Source: Minisyncoccia bacterium (GTDB lineage Bacteria; Patescibacteriota; Minisyncoccia; Phycocordibacterales; DATDWN01). From it: a DNA stretch of 64,000 nucleotides. The position numbers were made by a program, and so were the translations under genes. Below the pieces are notes generated by a model. The model worked only from the letters and a program-made list of their open reading frames with translations. It had not been told where the DNA came from and made no database searches. This document shows positions 1 to 8,666 of the stretch, in pieces (the first letter of the stretch is position 1; every line of letters begins with the position of its first letter). The stretch is from assembly GCA_049296855.1 (NCBI GenBank), contig JBAQTF010000015.1, positions 15,112-79,111 on the forward strand, given 5' to 3'.

Positions 1-341
1 CTGGACGTGGAGACCTGACAAAAACTCGCTCATTAGATATTTTAAAAGAAATAAGAAACTCATATGGTAGACGTATGAAACTGGACCAAATCGCTGAAGG
101 CACATTTGGTATAAATAAAAGTGGTAATGGCCTAGAAGCAGTAACTTGGTGGCGGACTGGTGAAATAGAAAAAATACGAAAATATTGTTTGGAAGACGTG
201 AAAATCACAAAAGATGTCTACGAATTTGCAATGAAGCATAATAAATTAATTTTCAAAGAATCTCCTTTTATGAAAGAAATAAAACTCGATACCAAACACT
301 GGGAGCCCCTTCCCGAAGTAAAAACCCAAAGTCTTTTTTAG
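1..341 (+). CDS. C-terminal fragment of an RNase H-like / 3'-5' exonuclease-like protein. The reading frame is open from the window edge, so the 5' end is truncated.
   Basis: The frame is open from position 3 through the stop codon at 339-341. The sequence, including GINKSGNGLEAV..WW and YCLEDVKIT, loosely resembles predicted exonuclease domains. The domain assignment is weak. Confidence 0.35.
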   Translation, partial: GRGDLTKTRSLDILKEIRNSYGRRMKLDQIAEGTFGINKSGNGLEAVTWWRTGEIEKIRKYCLEDVKITKDVYEFAMKHNKLIFKESPFMKEIKLDTKHWEPLPEVKTQSLF

Positions 342-352
342 ATAATAGAAAA

Positions 353-378
353 GGCCTGGGGATTTTACTCCCCAGGCC
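353..378 (-). terminator. Intrinsic terminator hairpin. It is functional on the minus strand because the T-run lies at 341-352, and it may also stop the plus-strand ORF that ends at 341.
   Basis: The stem is a perfect 10 bp, GGCCTGGGGA / TCCCCAGGCC, with loop TTTTAC. On the minus strand it is followed by TTTTCTATTATC. Confidence 0.6.
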
Positions 379-646
379 CCGGCGTCGGTCGGCGTGTCGT
401 CAGTGAACGATTATGATGGAGCTCAGCGCGATGCGCTGCTCCGAGAAGCCGGCAACTGCCGGCGAACCGCGAATCTTCATTTCGCCTCCTTCTCGCCTTT
501 AGCGAGGAATCGACACACGACTGGTGGCTGATCCCGGGCCACTGCCAAGGTATCCGCCTTGAAATGAACAACAATGTAACGCGTTCGGTCTAGCACATTA
601 CTGACTTGACGTGAAGTCTTTTTCGTGTCAAAATCAACCGACTATT
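379..646 (-). ncRNA. Candidate structured non-coding RNA of unassigned class, in a GC-rich island downstream of uppP.
   Basis: The GC-rich core at about 380-600 was not computed; a rough hand count is about 60% GC, against about 37% in the flanks. There is no plus-strand ORF of 60 aa or more, and the only minus-strand ORF (69 aa) is Arg-rich low-complexity. The region ends in an intrinsic terminator on the minus strand at 353-378. Confidence 0.3.
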
Positions 647-1441
647 CTAAAACAAGAGAAAAATGGCTATACTTAGGGCTATTCTGTACAAGATGAAAAT
701 GTCTAAATCATGGTTTTTGAGATATTTTATGAGAAAATCAATAGCAAAGAAACCTGTAATGAAAGCAACTACTGACCCAAGTAAAAGCGACGTACCGAGA
801 CTGGTGGAAAACAATTCGTGACGAACTTCAAGGAGTTTTTTAAGACCTGTACCAAGAAGTATTGGTATCGACAGTAGAAAACTAAACCTAACGATATCTT
901 CTTTTTTTAAATCTGCGATAAATCCACCAGATATTGTTGCACCTGAACGAGAAATCCCAGGAACCAAAGCGAGGCATTGAAAAAAACCTATGACTATTCC
1001 CCTACCAAGCGATAACTCTTTATTTTGTTTTGCAACTTTCTGTGCAAACCAGAATAAAATACTTCCGAGCACTAGAGTTAAAGCAACCAGATGTGTGTTT
1101 CGAAAAACTGTTTCCATTTTACTTTCAAGAAGTAAACCAAAGATAACAGCTGGGAGTGTGCCGAGAACTATGGACCAAATCAATATCTTTTCTTTTTGGT
1201 TTACCACCTGACCTGAAATAATTTTCCAGAAATTGAAAAATATTTCTCGTATATCTTTGCGAAAATAAACTAAAACAGCCAGAGTTGTGGCTAACTGTAA
1301 AATAGCATCGAAAGCCAACTCTCCTGTGCTGTTCTCTCCCAAGATCTGTCTTGCTATTATGAGATGCCCCGAAGACGAAACTGGTATAAACTCTGTTGCC
1401 CCTTGGACAAAACCCAGTACAATTGCTACTAAATAAGTCAT
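647..1441 (-). CDS. uppP: Undecaprenyl-diphosphatase (UppP/BacA family).
   Basis: It carries the BacA motifs GATEFIPVSSSGHLII and PGISRSGATISGG and has multiple TM helices. The likely start is the Met of MTYLVAIVLGF, which is 23 codons downstream of the start of the longest ORF. Confidence 0.85.
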   Translation of the reverse strand: MTYLVAIVLGFVQGATEFIPVSSSGHLIIARQILGENSTGELAFDAILQLATTLAVLVYFRKDIREIFFNFWKIISGQVVNQKEKILIWSIVLGTLPAVIFGLLLESKMETVFRNTHLVALTLVLGSILFWFAQKVAKQNKELSLGRGIVIGFFQCLALVPGISRSGATISGGFIADLKKEDIVRFSFLLSIPILLGTGLKKLLEVRHELFSTSLGTSLLLGSVVAFITGFFAIDFLIKYLKNHDLDIFILYRIALSIAIFLLF

Positions 1442-1476
1442 GTAGTACAATTGTAGCACGTAACTTATATAAAAAT

Positions 1477-2172
1477 ATGAAAATAGATATGGAAAAATTG
1501 TCAGTGCCAATTGCGGTTGTGGTAGCAGGAGGGCTTATCGCTGGAGCTTTGTACTATTCAAATGTAAAGATCGCAAAAGAAACAGCGAAAGTGGCTATTC
1601 CAAAAACAGAAACTGTGCAAATGAAGCCTATTTCTAACAGCGATCATATACTCGGAAATCCAAATGCAGATGTTATTATAGTTGAGTATTCTGATCTTGA
1701 ATGTCCGTATTGTAAAGTATTTCACACAACTCTAAAACGAGTCATGAGCGAATACGGTAAAGATGGAAAGGTTGCTTGGGTTTATCGTCACTTCCCTATA
1801 GAATCCCTTCACTCAAAAGCCCCGAAAGAAGCTGAGGCAACGGAGTGTGCGAACGAACTCGGTGGTTCAGTTAAGTTCTGGGAATACACAGATATGGTTT
1901 ACGAGAGAACAAGTTCAAACAACTCACTTGATCCGAAAGAACTACCGAAAATAGCTAATGATATAGGTCTTGATGTAAAAGCCTTCAATGCGTGTCTTTC
2001 AAGTGGAAAATACGCAAAACTAGTACAAGACAGTTATGATGACGCCGTAAAAGCAGGTGGGCGTGGCACTCCAAACTCAATATTGATCACAAAAGACAAT
2101 GTCCAAACGACTGTTTCCGGTGCTCAACCTTATCAAGATTTGAAAAATATTATAGACGCCCTATTACAATAG
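1477..2172 (+). CDS. DsbA-family thiol:disulfide oxidoreductase with a thioredoxin fold and an N-terminal membrane anchor.
   Basis: It contains the CPYC active-site motif (DLECPYCKVFH) and an N-terminal hydrophobic helix. The start was chosen at MKIDMEKLSVPIAVVVAG to avoid overlapping uppP. Confidence 0.7.
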   Translation: MKIDMEKLSVPIAVVVAGGLIAGALYYSNVKIAKETAKVAIPKTETVQMKPISNSDHILGNPNADVIIVEYSDLECPYCKVFHTTLKRVMSEYGKDGKVAWVYRHFPIESLHSKAPKEAEATECANELGGSVKFWEYTDMVYERTSSNNSLDPKELPKIANDIGLDVKAFNACLSSGKYAKLVQDSYDDAVKAGGRGTPNSILITKDNVQTTVSGAQPYQDLKNIIDALLQ

Positions 2173-2173
2173 T

Positions 2174-5149
2174 TTATCTTGTTGTTTCTAATAATTTTCG
2201 GTAAGAGCAATATTTGCAGTCTTTATCGTCACAAGTCTTATCCCAAAAAGCAAGACTTGTTATTTCTCTAACGACTCTTTCTATGGTTTTTTTGAGTAAT
2301 TCAACATCACTATCACTTATCTCAAACTCTTCACGATTGTATTTTAGAGAATCATTTGATTCTAGAAATTCAATAATTCCAGATTTCATCTCTATGTCGT
2401 CGTGGAGTGACAAAAGCAACTTATAAAACTGTAGTTGCCTTAACATATCCCCTGTTGAGCTTTTCGTCTTTCCCTCTATATCGTTTCGACTTCGCTGTTT
2501 TCCTGTTTTGTAGTCCGTCACGATAGCTTTTTTTTCAGAAATCATCTCTACTTTATCTAAATTTCCAGAGAGAAGAATGTTTTTAGAAAGCTCTACAGCA
2601 TTTATTTTAAATTCTGGAATTATAGGATTTGTTAGCTTTGGATTAGCCCATTTAAACCAACCGATCAAAGATTTCTGGCCTTTCTTTAGTGCTTCGTCGA
2701 ATTCAGTCTTAGAAAGTACTCCGAGAAGTCCCAAATGTCTTTTGTATGAATCAAGTAAAAACTTCTGGTCAACTTCCCTATCTTTTATAACTCGCCACAG
2801 ATCCTCGACAGAAGCATGCATAGCAATACCATATATCTGATGTTTTTTTGGAGAACTAGGAATTCGCAAGAGGTTTCGGTAGAAATACTTCCATGGACAA
2901 GACAGGTAATTGTTTAAAGCAGTGACAGATAGTGGGTGTGAGTAGAAAAGTTCTCGAACAAAATCTTTGTCGAGCTGTAAAGTACTTGTTGGTTTCCTCT
3001 CAAGAAACAAGACTTCTGGATTGTTTTTGATTTTTTCTGTAAAACTCTTCGTATCTATTATCTCTTTTCTATCTTCTCTTATTTCTAAAACAAAAGGTGA
3101 GACTAACGTTTCCTTGCCGTTTCCATCAAAAGATGAGTATGTGATATAAACAGCTTTTTTGGCTCTCGTAATACAAACGTAGAAAAGTCTTCGCTCATCA
3201 TCTATAGAATTTTTATCACCATCATCTTTACTATCACCTCGACTATAGACTGAAGGCAGAAGTGGTAAATGATCTCTGCCAGATTTTTCACCAAACGAGC
3301 TTTCTGTTGCGTTTATTATAAAAACATATTCGAACTCTAAACCTTTTGAACCATGAGCAGTCATGAGACGAACAGCTTTTTGTCGGACAGAATGTTTCGG
3401 ACGTTTTATAAATAGTTTATGTTCTCGGAGAATATTTACGTATTCCATAAAATCCTTGAACTGTGCTCCTGGCCTGTTTGTAGCAATTCTCTTACCCTCC
3501 TCAAAAAGCCTTTCGATACCCAGGAATGCACCTGCATCTTTCGACGCCATCATTGAATTCAATATCTCCGATTCACGTAGAATTCTTTCTATAAACTCCG
3601 TTAGACTATCACTTTGCGATTGTCTTGCCCAGGATTTCATTTTTATACCAACTTTTCTGATTTTTTCATTATCGGATTTGTTTACCAAATCATATAGAGA
3701 AATTTTTTCTTTAGAAGACCTTGCTATGAGACGGTAACTATCCAGAGGATCAATATCAAACTCATCTATGTGTAACACTGGAACAAAATACTCGTCCTCT
3801 CCGTATCTAAAAATAGCATCAAATACAATCAAAAGTTTCCTAACAAATTTTTCTGCTAACAAATCTTCGTCTGACTCTATAACGTGCGCAACATCTTCTC
3901 TCTCAAGTGCTTCACTCATAGAAAATGATTCTCTATTTCCTCGATATAATATGGCTATTTCTTCTGGAGAAACTTTTTGTTTTTCTATCAAATTTTTTAT
4001 GATTTCTGCAACAAAATGCAACTCATAAGATTTGGTCTCAAACTCAGCAACCTGTATTCCAGTTTTACTTTTATCACCGTTTTCATATTTTAATGCTTTT
4101 GGTGACGGTAATAGTGAATGTGCAGCATCCAAGATATTCTGTACTGAACGATAGTTAGAAGAAAGCTCTATCTCTACTGCCTTCGGATAAAGCTTCTTGA
4201 AATAAAAGAAATTCTCGACTGACGCCCCTTGGAACCGAAAAATAGCCTGTTTTTCGTCCCCCACAATGAAAATGTTAGGATTCTTATGAAAGTCAAGTAA
4301 GAGCTCAATTATGCGGTTCTGAGCGTTGTTTGTGTCCTGGTGTTCATCAACAAGAACATATTGATGGCTTTCCTGGAGGGATAGCTTCAAATCTCCACCT
4401 TTTTCAAGAGCATGTAAAACTTCCATAATCATATCGCTCCAGTCATAGAGTCTCCTTTCTCTTAATATCTTCTGATATGTTTCATAGATAATCGTTAGCT
4501 CTTTATTTTTCTGTATTATTCGTTCAAACTTTTTGTGCTCACTTTTCATCTTACCTTTATAGCTACCTTTTTCGTGGTATAGATCATCTCGATTTTTGAA
4601 TTTTTTTTCTTCTCTCTTTACGATTTTTTCAAAATCCTCTGGAGAAACTCCCTCTCTTTTTAACTCTTCTATTTTTTTATTTATATCTCGCAGATAGTGA
4701 AGAGGCTCACCCCATGGTCGCAATATATCAAGAGTTAGTTTATCCATCAGTTCTTCAAGTATTGATAGGGATTCAACTTCTGTGATATGTGCCGAACCAA
4801 TGATGGTTGGAAAATATTCCGGATAATTTTTTATTATATTATTACAAAAAGAATGAAAAGTTTCTATAACAACTCGGTACGCAGATGCCCCAATGAGTTG
4901 TGAAAGTCTGCGTCGCATATTAGTTCCAGCAGAATCTGTAAAAGTCAGAGCGAGAATATTCTCTGGCGCAGTATCAGTTTTTTTTAAAATGTTTGCAATT
5001 CTTAGTGTTAGTATCTCCGTCTTCCCCGTTCCCGGACCAGCCACAACAAGCACGGGACCGTCGATAGTATCTACAGCCTTTTTCTGCTCAGTATTAAGGT
5101 TTTTATAACGTTCTGTAAAAAATTTATTTAAATCTTTATCGGATGACAT
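2174..5149 (-). CDS. UvrD/PcrA/AddA-like ATP-dependent DNA helicase fused to a C-terminal PD-(D/E)xK-type nuclease domain with a Cys cluster (Cas4/AddB-like).
   Basis: The N-terminus reads VVAGPGTGKTEILT (Walker A), with a later VLVDEHQDTN motif and a UvrD-like layout. The C-terminus ends ...DKDCKYCSYRK, a Cys cluster typical of Fe-S nuclease domains. Confidence 0.8.
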   Translation of the reverse strand: MSSDKDLNKFFTERYKNLNTEQKKAVDTIDGPVLVVAGPGTGKTEILTLRIANILKKTDTAPENILALTFTDSAGTNMRRRLSQLIGASAYRVVIETFHSFCNNIIKNYPEYFPTIIGSAHITEVESLSILEELMDKLTLDILRPWGEPLHYLRDINKKIEELKREGVSPEDFEKIVKREEKKFKNRDDLYHEKGSYKGKMKSEHKKFERIIQKNKELTIIYETYQKILRERRLYDWSDMIMEVLHALEKGGDLKLSLQESHQYVLVDEHQDTNNAQNRIIELLLDFHKNPNIFIVGDEKQAIFRFQGASVENFFYFKKLYPKAVEIELSSNYRSVQNILDAAHSLLPSPKALKYENGDKSKTGIQVAEFETKSYELHFVAEIIKNLIEKQKVSPEEIAILYRGNRESFSMSEALEREDVAHVIESDEDLLAEKFVRKLLIVFDAIFRYGEDEYFVPVLHIDEFDIDPLDSYRLIARSSKEKISLYDLVNKSDNEKIRKVGIKMKSWARQSQSDSLTEFIERILRESEILNSMMASKDAGAFLGIERLFEEGKRIATNRPGAQFKDFMEYVNILREHKLFIKRPKHSVRQKAVRLMTAHGSKGLEFEYVFIINATESSFGEKSGRDHLPLLPSVYSRGDSKDDGDKNSIDDERRLFYVCITRAKKAVYITYSSFDGNGKETLVSPFVLEIREDRKEIIDTKSFTEKIKNNPEVLFLERKPTSTLQLDKDFVRELFYSHPLSVTALNNYLSCPWKYFYRNLLRIPSSPKKHQIYGIAMHASVEDLWRVIKDREVDQKFLLDSYKRHLGLLGVLSKTEFDEALKKGQKSLIGWFKWANPKLTNPIIPEFKINAVELSKNILLSGNLDKVEMISEKKAIVTDYKTGKQRSRNDIEGKTKSSTGDMLRQLQFYKLLLSLHDDIEMKSGIIEFLESNDSLKYNREEFEISDSDVELLKKTIERVVREITSLAFWDKTCDDKDCKYCSYRKLLETTR

Positions 5150-5194
5150 GAATATAGGATACCATAATAGAGATACATAAAAAGAGAACCAAAA

Positions 5195-5236
5195 GCCTCA
5201 CAAGGGAAAGCTCTTGGCTCTTACCTATTGTGAGGC
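5195..5236 (-). terminator. Intrinsic terminator directly after the zinc-ribbon gene.
   Basis: The hairpin has a 9-bp stem, GCCTCACAA...TTGTGAGGC, followed on the minus strand by TTTTGGTTCTCTTT. Confidence 0.5.
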
Positions 5237-5410
5237 GGGAACGGGGTCATCGAACGGCAAGTCGAGATTTAGGGCACGAATTTTCTTACGCAACTTCGCG
5301 ACGTCCTCCTCGGTGAAGAATCTTTGACAGTTGTCACAGATGTTTCCTTCCGCGATCTTTACGTGCCTGAACTTTTCACTTTCACAGTGAGGACACTTGA
5401 TGTCTTCCAT
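5225..5410 (-). CDS. Small zinc-ribbon protein of 61 aa.
   Basis: It has two CxxC pairs, CPHCESEKF...CDNCQRFF, and is followed by a terminator hairpin. Confidence 0.5.
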   Translation of the reverse strand: MEDIKCPHCESEKFRHVKIAEGNICDNCQRFFTEEDVAKLRKKIRALNLDLPFDDPVPASQ

Positions 5411-5440
5411 CGACCCCCCTTAACAAATTCTAAGGCAATT

Positions 5441-5514
5441 GTACCACAAGGGCACTTAAAATTTACAAGAGGAATACCTCTAATAAATTTAGGTCGTACC
5501 ACAAGGGCACTTCC
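5441..5514. repeat. Two direct copies of the GTACCACAAGGGCACTT motif, part of a dispersed intergenic repeat family.
   Basis: Identical 17-mers sit at 5441-5457 and 5496-5512. Related copies occur near 19288, 35744, 45137 and 45165. Confidence 0.55.
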
Positions 5515-5529
5515 AAAAATTCCAAGCTG

Positions 5530-6849
5530 TTAATAGTAATTGCGTAACCTATTTATTTTGTCGTGCTGTCGGATTTTTTCATGTGCCTTCGCTTCGATCT
5601 GTCTTATACGTTCTCGAGTAACACCGAACTCCTTACCGACCTCTTCTAGTGTGTGTGTTACACCATCAATAAGTCCGTGACGAAGTTCTAAAATTTTTCT
5701 TTCTTTTTCAGGAAGATCATTTAAAATTTCTTTAACTTGATCAGAGATAATTCTCCTAGCTGATTCTTGATCTGGAGAGAGAATTTTTTCATCCGCAAGA
5801 AAATCTCCTAGCTTTGACTTACTATCATCCCCTTCCTCGCCGATAGGTGTTTCAAGTGACAGAGTGCTCTGATCAATTTTCTCAATAGTATAAATCTTAT
5901 CAACTGCAAGGTTCATTTCTGTAGCTATTTCTTCTGGAAGTGGATCTCTTCCTAAATCTTGAGAAAGTCTACGAACAACTTGTTTATACTTTGCGATAGT
6001 TTCCACCATATGTACTGGAACACGGATAGTTCGCGACTGATCAGCTAATGCACGTGTGATAGCCTGGCGAATCCACCATGTCGCGTATGTTGAAAACTTG
6101 TAACCCTTCGTCCAATCAAATTTATCCACTGCTTTAAAAAGACCAAGGTTCCCCTCCTGAATAAGATCAAGCAAAGTCAAATCTGCACTACGATTTGCAT
6201 ATTTTTTCGCAATTGAAACCACTAACCTCAAGTTTGCACGAGCCAAAAGATTTTTGGCCTCAAAGTCACCTTTTTGTATTCGTTTAGCAAGTTCTTTTTC
6301 CATTCCACCAGAAATTAGAGAATACTGACCAATTTCTTTTAGATACATCTGAATAGAATCATATGAAGATTCTCCTGTTCGTCCATATGTATATTTTTTA
6401 TTGACAAGATCATCGTTAGAGACATCTAAAAGTCCTCCTCCTTCCAATATATCTACTCCGCTTACAGAAAGCTTCTCATAAAGTTCATCTAGAAATATTA
6501 TATCTTCCTCAACTGTTGGAAATTCCTTTAAAATTTCATCATAGGTAACATAACCACGTTCCTTACCTTTATGAAGAAGTCTACCCATTCCCTGCTCTTG
6601 TCTATCTGCTCTCTTCAGAACTACAGTTGGCTTTTTTGCGACTGTCCTTTCTGCTCTCATAGCAAGAGATGATTTGTTTTTCTTTCGTGCCCGAATTTTA
6701 GGCATGACAAATTTCTTTGGCTTTCGTATCTTACGCCTTATATGTCCATGTAGCTCCATTTTTTTCACCTTTTTTGCCGACTGTCGTAGTTTACTCCTTG
6801 TACGTCTAATGGATTTATTATGTTTTGATTTTGATTTACTTTTTTTCAT
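5530..6849 (-). CDS. rpoD: RNA polymerase sigma-70 factor RpoD.
   Basis: Regions 1.2 through 4 are recognisable: [55 protein letters not shown] and [23 protein letters not shown]. It carries an unusual Lys/Arg-rich extension of about 90 aa at the N-terminus. The longest ORF overlaps the dnaG stop by 14 nt, so the true start may be an internal Met. Confidence 0.9.
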   Translation of the reverse strand: MKKSKSKSKHNKSIRRTRSKLRQSAKKVKKMELHGHIRRKIRKPKKFVMPKIRARKKNKSSLAMRAERTVAKKPTVVLKRADRQEQGMGRLLHKGKERGYVTYDEILKEFPTVEEDIIFLDELYEKLSVSGVDILEGGGLLDVSNDDLVNKKYTYGRTGESSYDSIQMYLKEIGQYSLISGGMEKELAKRIQKGDFEAKNLLARANLRLVVSIAKKYANRSADLTLLDLIQEGNLGLFKAVDKFDWTKGYKFSTYATWWIRQAITRALADQSRTIRVPVHMVETIAKYKQVVRRLSQDLGRDPLPEEIATEMNLAVDKIYTIEKIDQSTLSLETPIGEEGDDSKSKLGDFLADEKILSPDQESARRIISDQVKEILNDLPEKERKILELRHGLIDGVTHTLEEVGKEFGVTRERIRQIEAKAHEKIRQHDKINRLRNYY

Positions 6850-8581
6850 AAATTCGTTTAATCGTATTAATCTTCTGTGATATACGTTGACACTCTTCTA
6901 AATACCTTAAGATATCACTACTATTTTTTGTTTGTTCTGCTTTTTGGAGTTTAATCATCGCATCAGTAAATTCTTTCTTTAAATATTCTTCTTCTAGTCC
7001 TAGAATCAGTTCTTGTATATCTCTAGATAAATTGGCCTTGTTATTATAATACGCTTCTATCTCAAATAATAGTGACTCTCTCTCTTTTTCAAACTGTTTT
7101 AGAAGTTCTTGCATTCTATTCCCTAAAATCGTTTTCACTCTTTTTTCTATATCTTTTAAATCTATCGTAGCTTGCACCTCAGATGTTGATGGGGGCAAAC
7201 TTTTCTGCCACATAATAATCCCAATAACCTTTCTCTCTATAGCTTCCACCCGTTTACCTCCCGGAGGAGAAGCGTTCGGAATAACTGGTGCCTTGACAGC
7301 TCCGCTTAACCCCAACCGTTTCAAATCATCCCACAAAGCCTCTTCTTTAATGAATGTTTTTTGTGCAATACTTTTTATAAATTGTGATTTCTCTATTGTG
7401 CTTAGAAGCTCCACGATATACGGTAAGACATTTTTTCTGATTTCTTCTCCAAGAGCTCTAGACTCTAGACCACGGGAAAGTAAAACGTCTGTGTAAAAAT
7501 CTATGATATGTTTTGAGTTTCTTAGACATTCTTTCAATTTTTCTGGCTCATCTTTTGCAAGATCAGCTGGGTCTTTTCCTTCAGGCATTTGGGCAATTTT
7601 AAGCTCCATTCCAAGAGAAAGTGCTATATGCGCACTTCTGTTAGAAGCAGAAAATCCAGCCGAATCACCGTCATAAGCCATAATAATTCTATTCGATAAT
7701 CTACGAAGTCTAATTAGGTGATTTTCTGTTAGTGCCGTTCCAGAAGAAGCGACTGTATTTGTCACGCCAACTTGATGCAACAAACACAGATCCATTTGTC
7801 CTTCAACTAGAATAGAATAATCTTTCAGACGAATATCTTTTTTAGCTTTGTCCAATCCAAAAAGAATCTCCGATTTGTTGAAAAGCACTGTCTCTGGACT
7901 ATTGAGATATTTCGGAGACTTCTCGTCAGGAACAAGTGCTCTTCCAGAGAACCCGACGACTCTTCCAGACGAGTCATTTATTGGGAACATGATTCTTCCA
8001 CGAAAAGTATCATAGTAAGCAGACGATGAAGAAAGTGAAATATCTTTTTTCTTTACAAGACCTACTTGGAGCATATCTGTCGTACTAACACCCCTCCCCG
8101 AGAGATAATCAAACAGCTCTCGCCAATCCGCTGGTGCAAAACCGATTCGGAAATTTTTTATTGTTTCTTTTGTAATCCCACGAAAAAGAAGATAATTTTC
8201 TGCTTCTTTGGTTTCCGACAATTTTTTCTCGTAGAAGAACACTGCTTGCTCTAAAACAAAGTGAAGCCTCTCTTTTTCAGTTTTGTCACCACGTTCATAC
8301 TGTTCTAATTTGACTCCAGCACGATCGGCTAAAACTTTCAGCGCCCCGATAAAATCAAGACCTTCAAATTCTTCAACAAAAGTGAAAATATCTCCCTTTG
8401 CCTGACAGCCAAAACAATAATAACTACCTCTATCAGGAGAAACGAAAAATGACGGCGTCTTTTCATTGTGAAAAGGACACCTACCTTTAAAGTTCGCTCC
8501 AGATTTTTCCAGCTTTATATAAGAGCCAACAAGTGAAACTATATCTATTTTTGATTTTATTTGATCAACAGATGAGGACAT
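6836..8581 (-). CDS. dnaG: DNA primase DnaG.
   Basis: It has the CHC2 zinc finger ([13 protein letters not shown]...YYCFGC) and TOPRIM motifs ([13 protein letters not shown]), and sits in the classical dnaG-rpoD arrangement. Confidence 0.9.
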   Translation of the reverse strand: MSSSVDQIKSKIDIVSLVGSYIKLEKSGANFKGRCPFHNEKTPSFFVSPDRGSYYCFGCQAKGDIFTFVEEFEGLDFIGALKVLADRAGVKLEQYERGDKTEKERLHFVLEQAVFFYEKKLSETKEAENYLLFRGITKETIKNFRIGFAPADWRELFDYLSGRGVSTTDMLQVGLVKKKDISLSSSSAYYDTFRGRIMFPINDSSGRVVGFSGRALVPDEKSPKYLNSPETVLFNKSEILFGLDKAKKDIRLKDYSILVEGQMDLCLLHQVGVTNTVASSGTALTENHLIRLRRLSNRIIMAYDGDSAGFSASNRSAHIALSLGMELKIAQMPEGKDPADLAKDEPEKLKECLRNSKHIIDFYTDVLLSRGLESRALGEEIRKNVLPYIVELLSTIEKSQFIKSIAQKTFIKEEALWDDLKRLGLSGAVKAPVIPNASPPGGKRVEAIERKVIGIIMWQKSLPPSTSEVQATIDLKDIEKRVKTILGNRMQELLKQFEKERESLLFEIEAYYNNKANLSRDIQELILGLEEEYLKKEFTDAMIKLQKAEQTKNSSDILRYLEECQRISQKINTIKRIYEKK

Positions 8582-8666
8582 GTGTATATAAGTTAGAAAC
8601 TCTACACATAGGGCTAATCTTTTCTATAGTGGTGAAAAGTATTTTACCCTCTCTTATTTTGTTTTT

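Noticed and set aside
365-574. 69-aa minus-strand ORF inside the GC-rich island
   Set aside because: The composition is Arg/Pro/Gly-rich and driven purely by GC content, and it has no RBS. The region is better explained as non-coding structured RNA.
379-646. Assignment of the GC-rich island as RNase P RNA, tmRNA or SRP RNA
   Set aside because: There are only loose P4-like strings, and 270 nt or less is too short for a bacterial RNase P RNA. I found no tRNA-like T-arm or CCA end for tmRNA and no SRP domain IV GGAA/AGCA motif. It is kept as an unclassified candidate.
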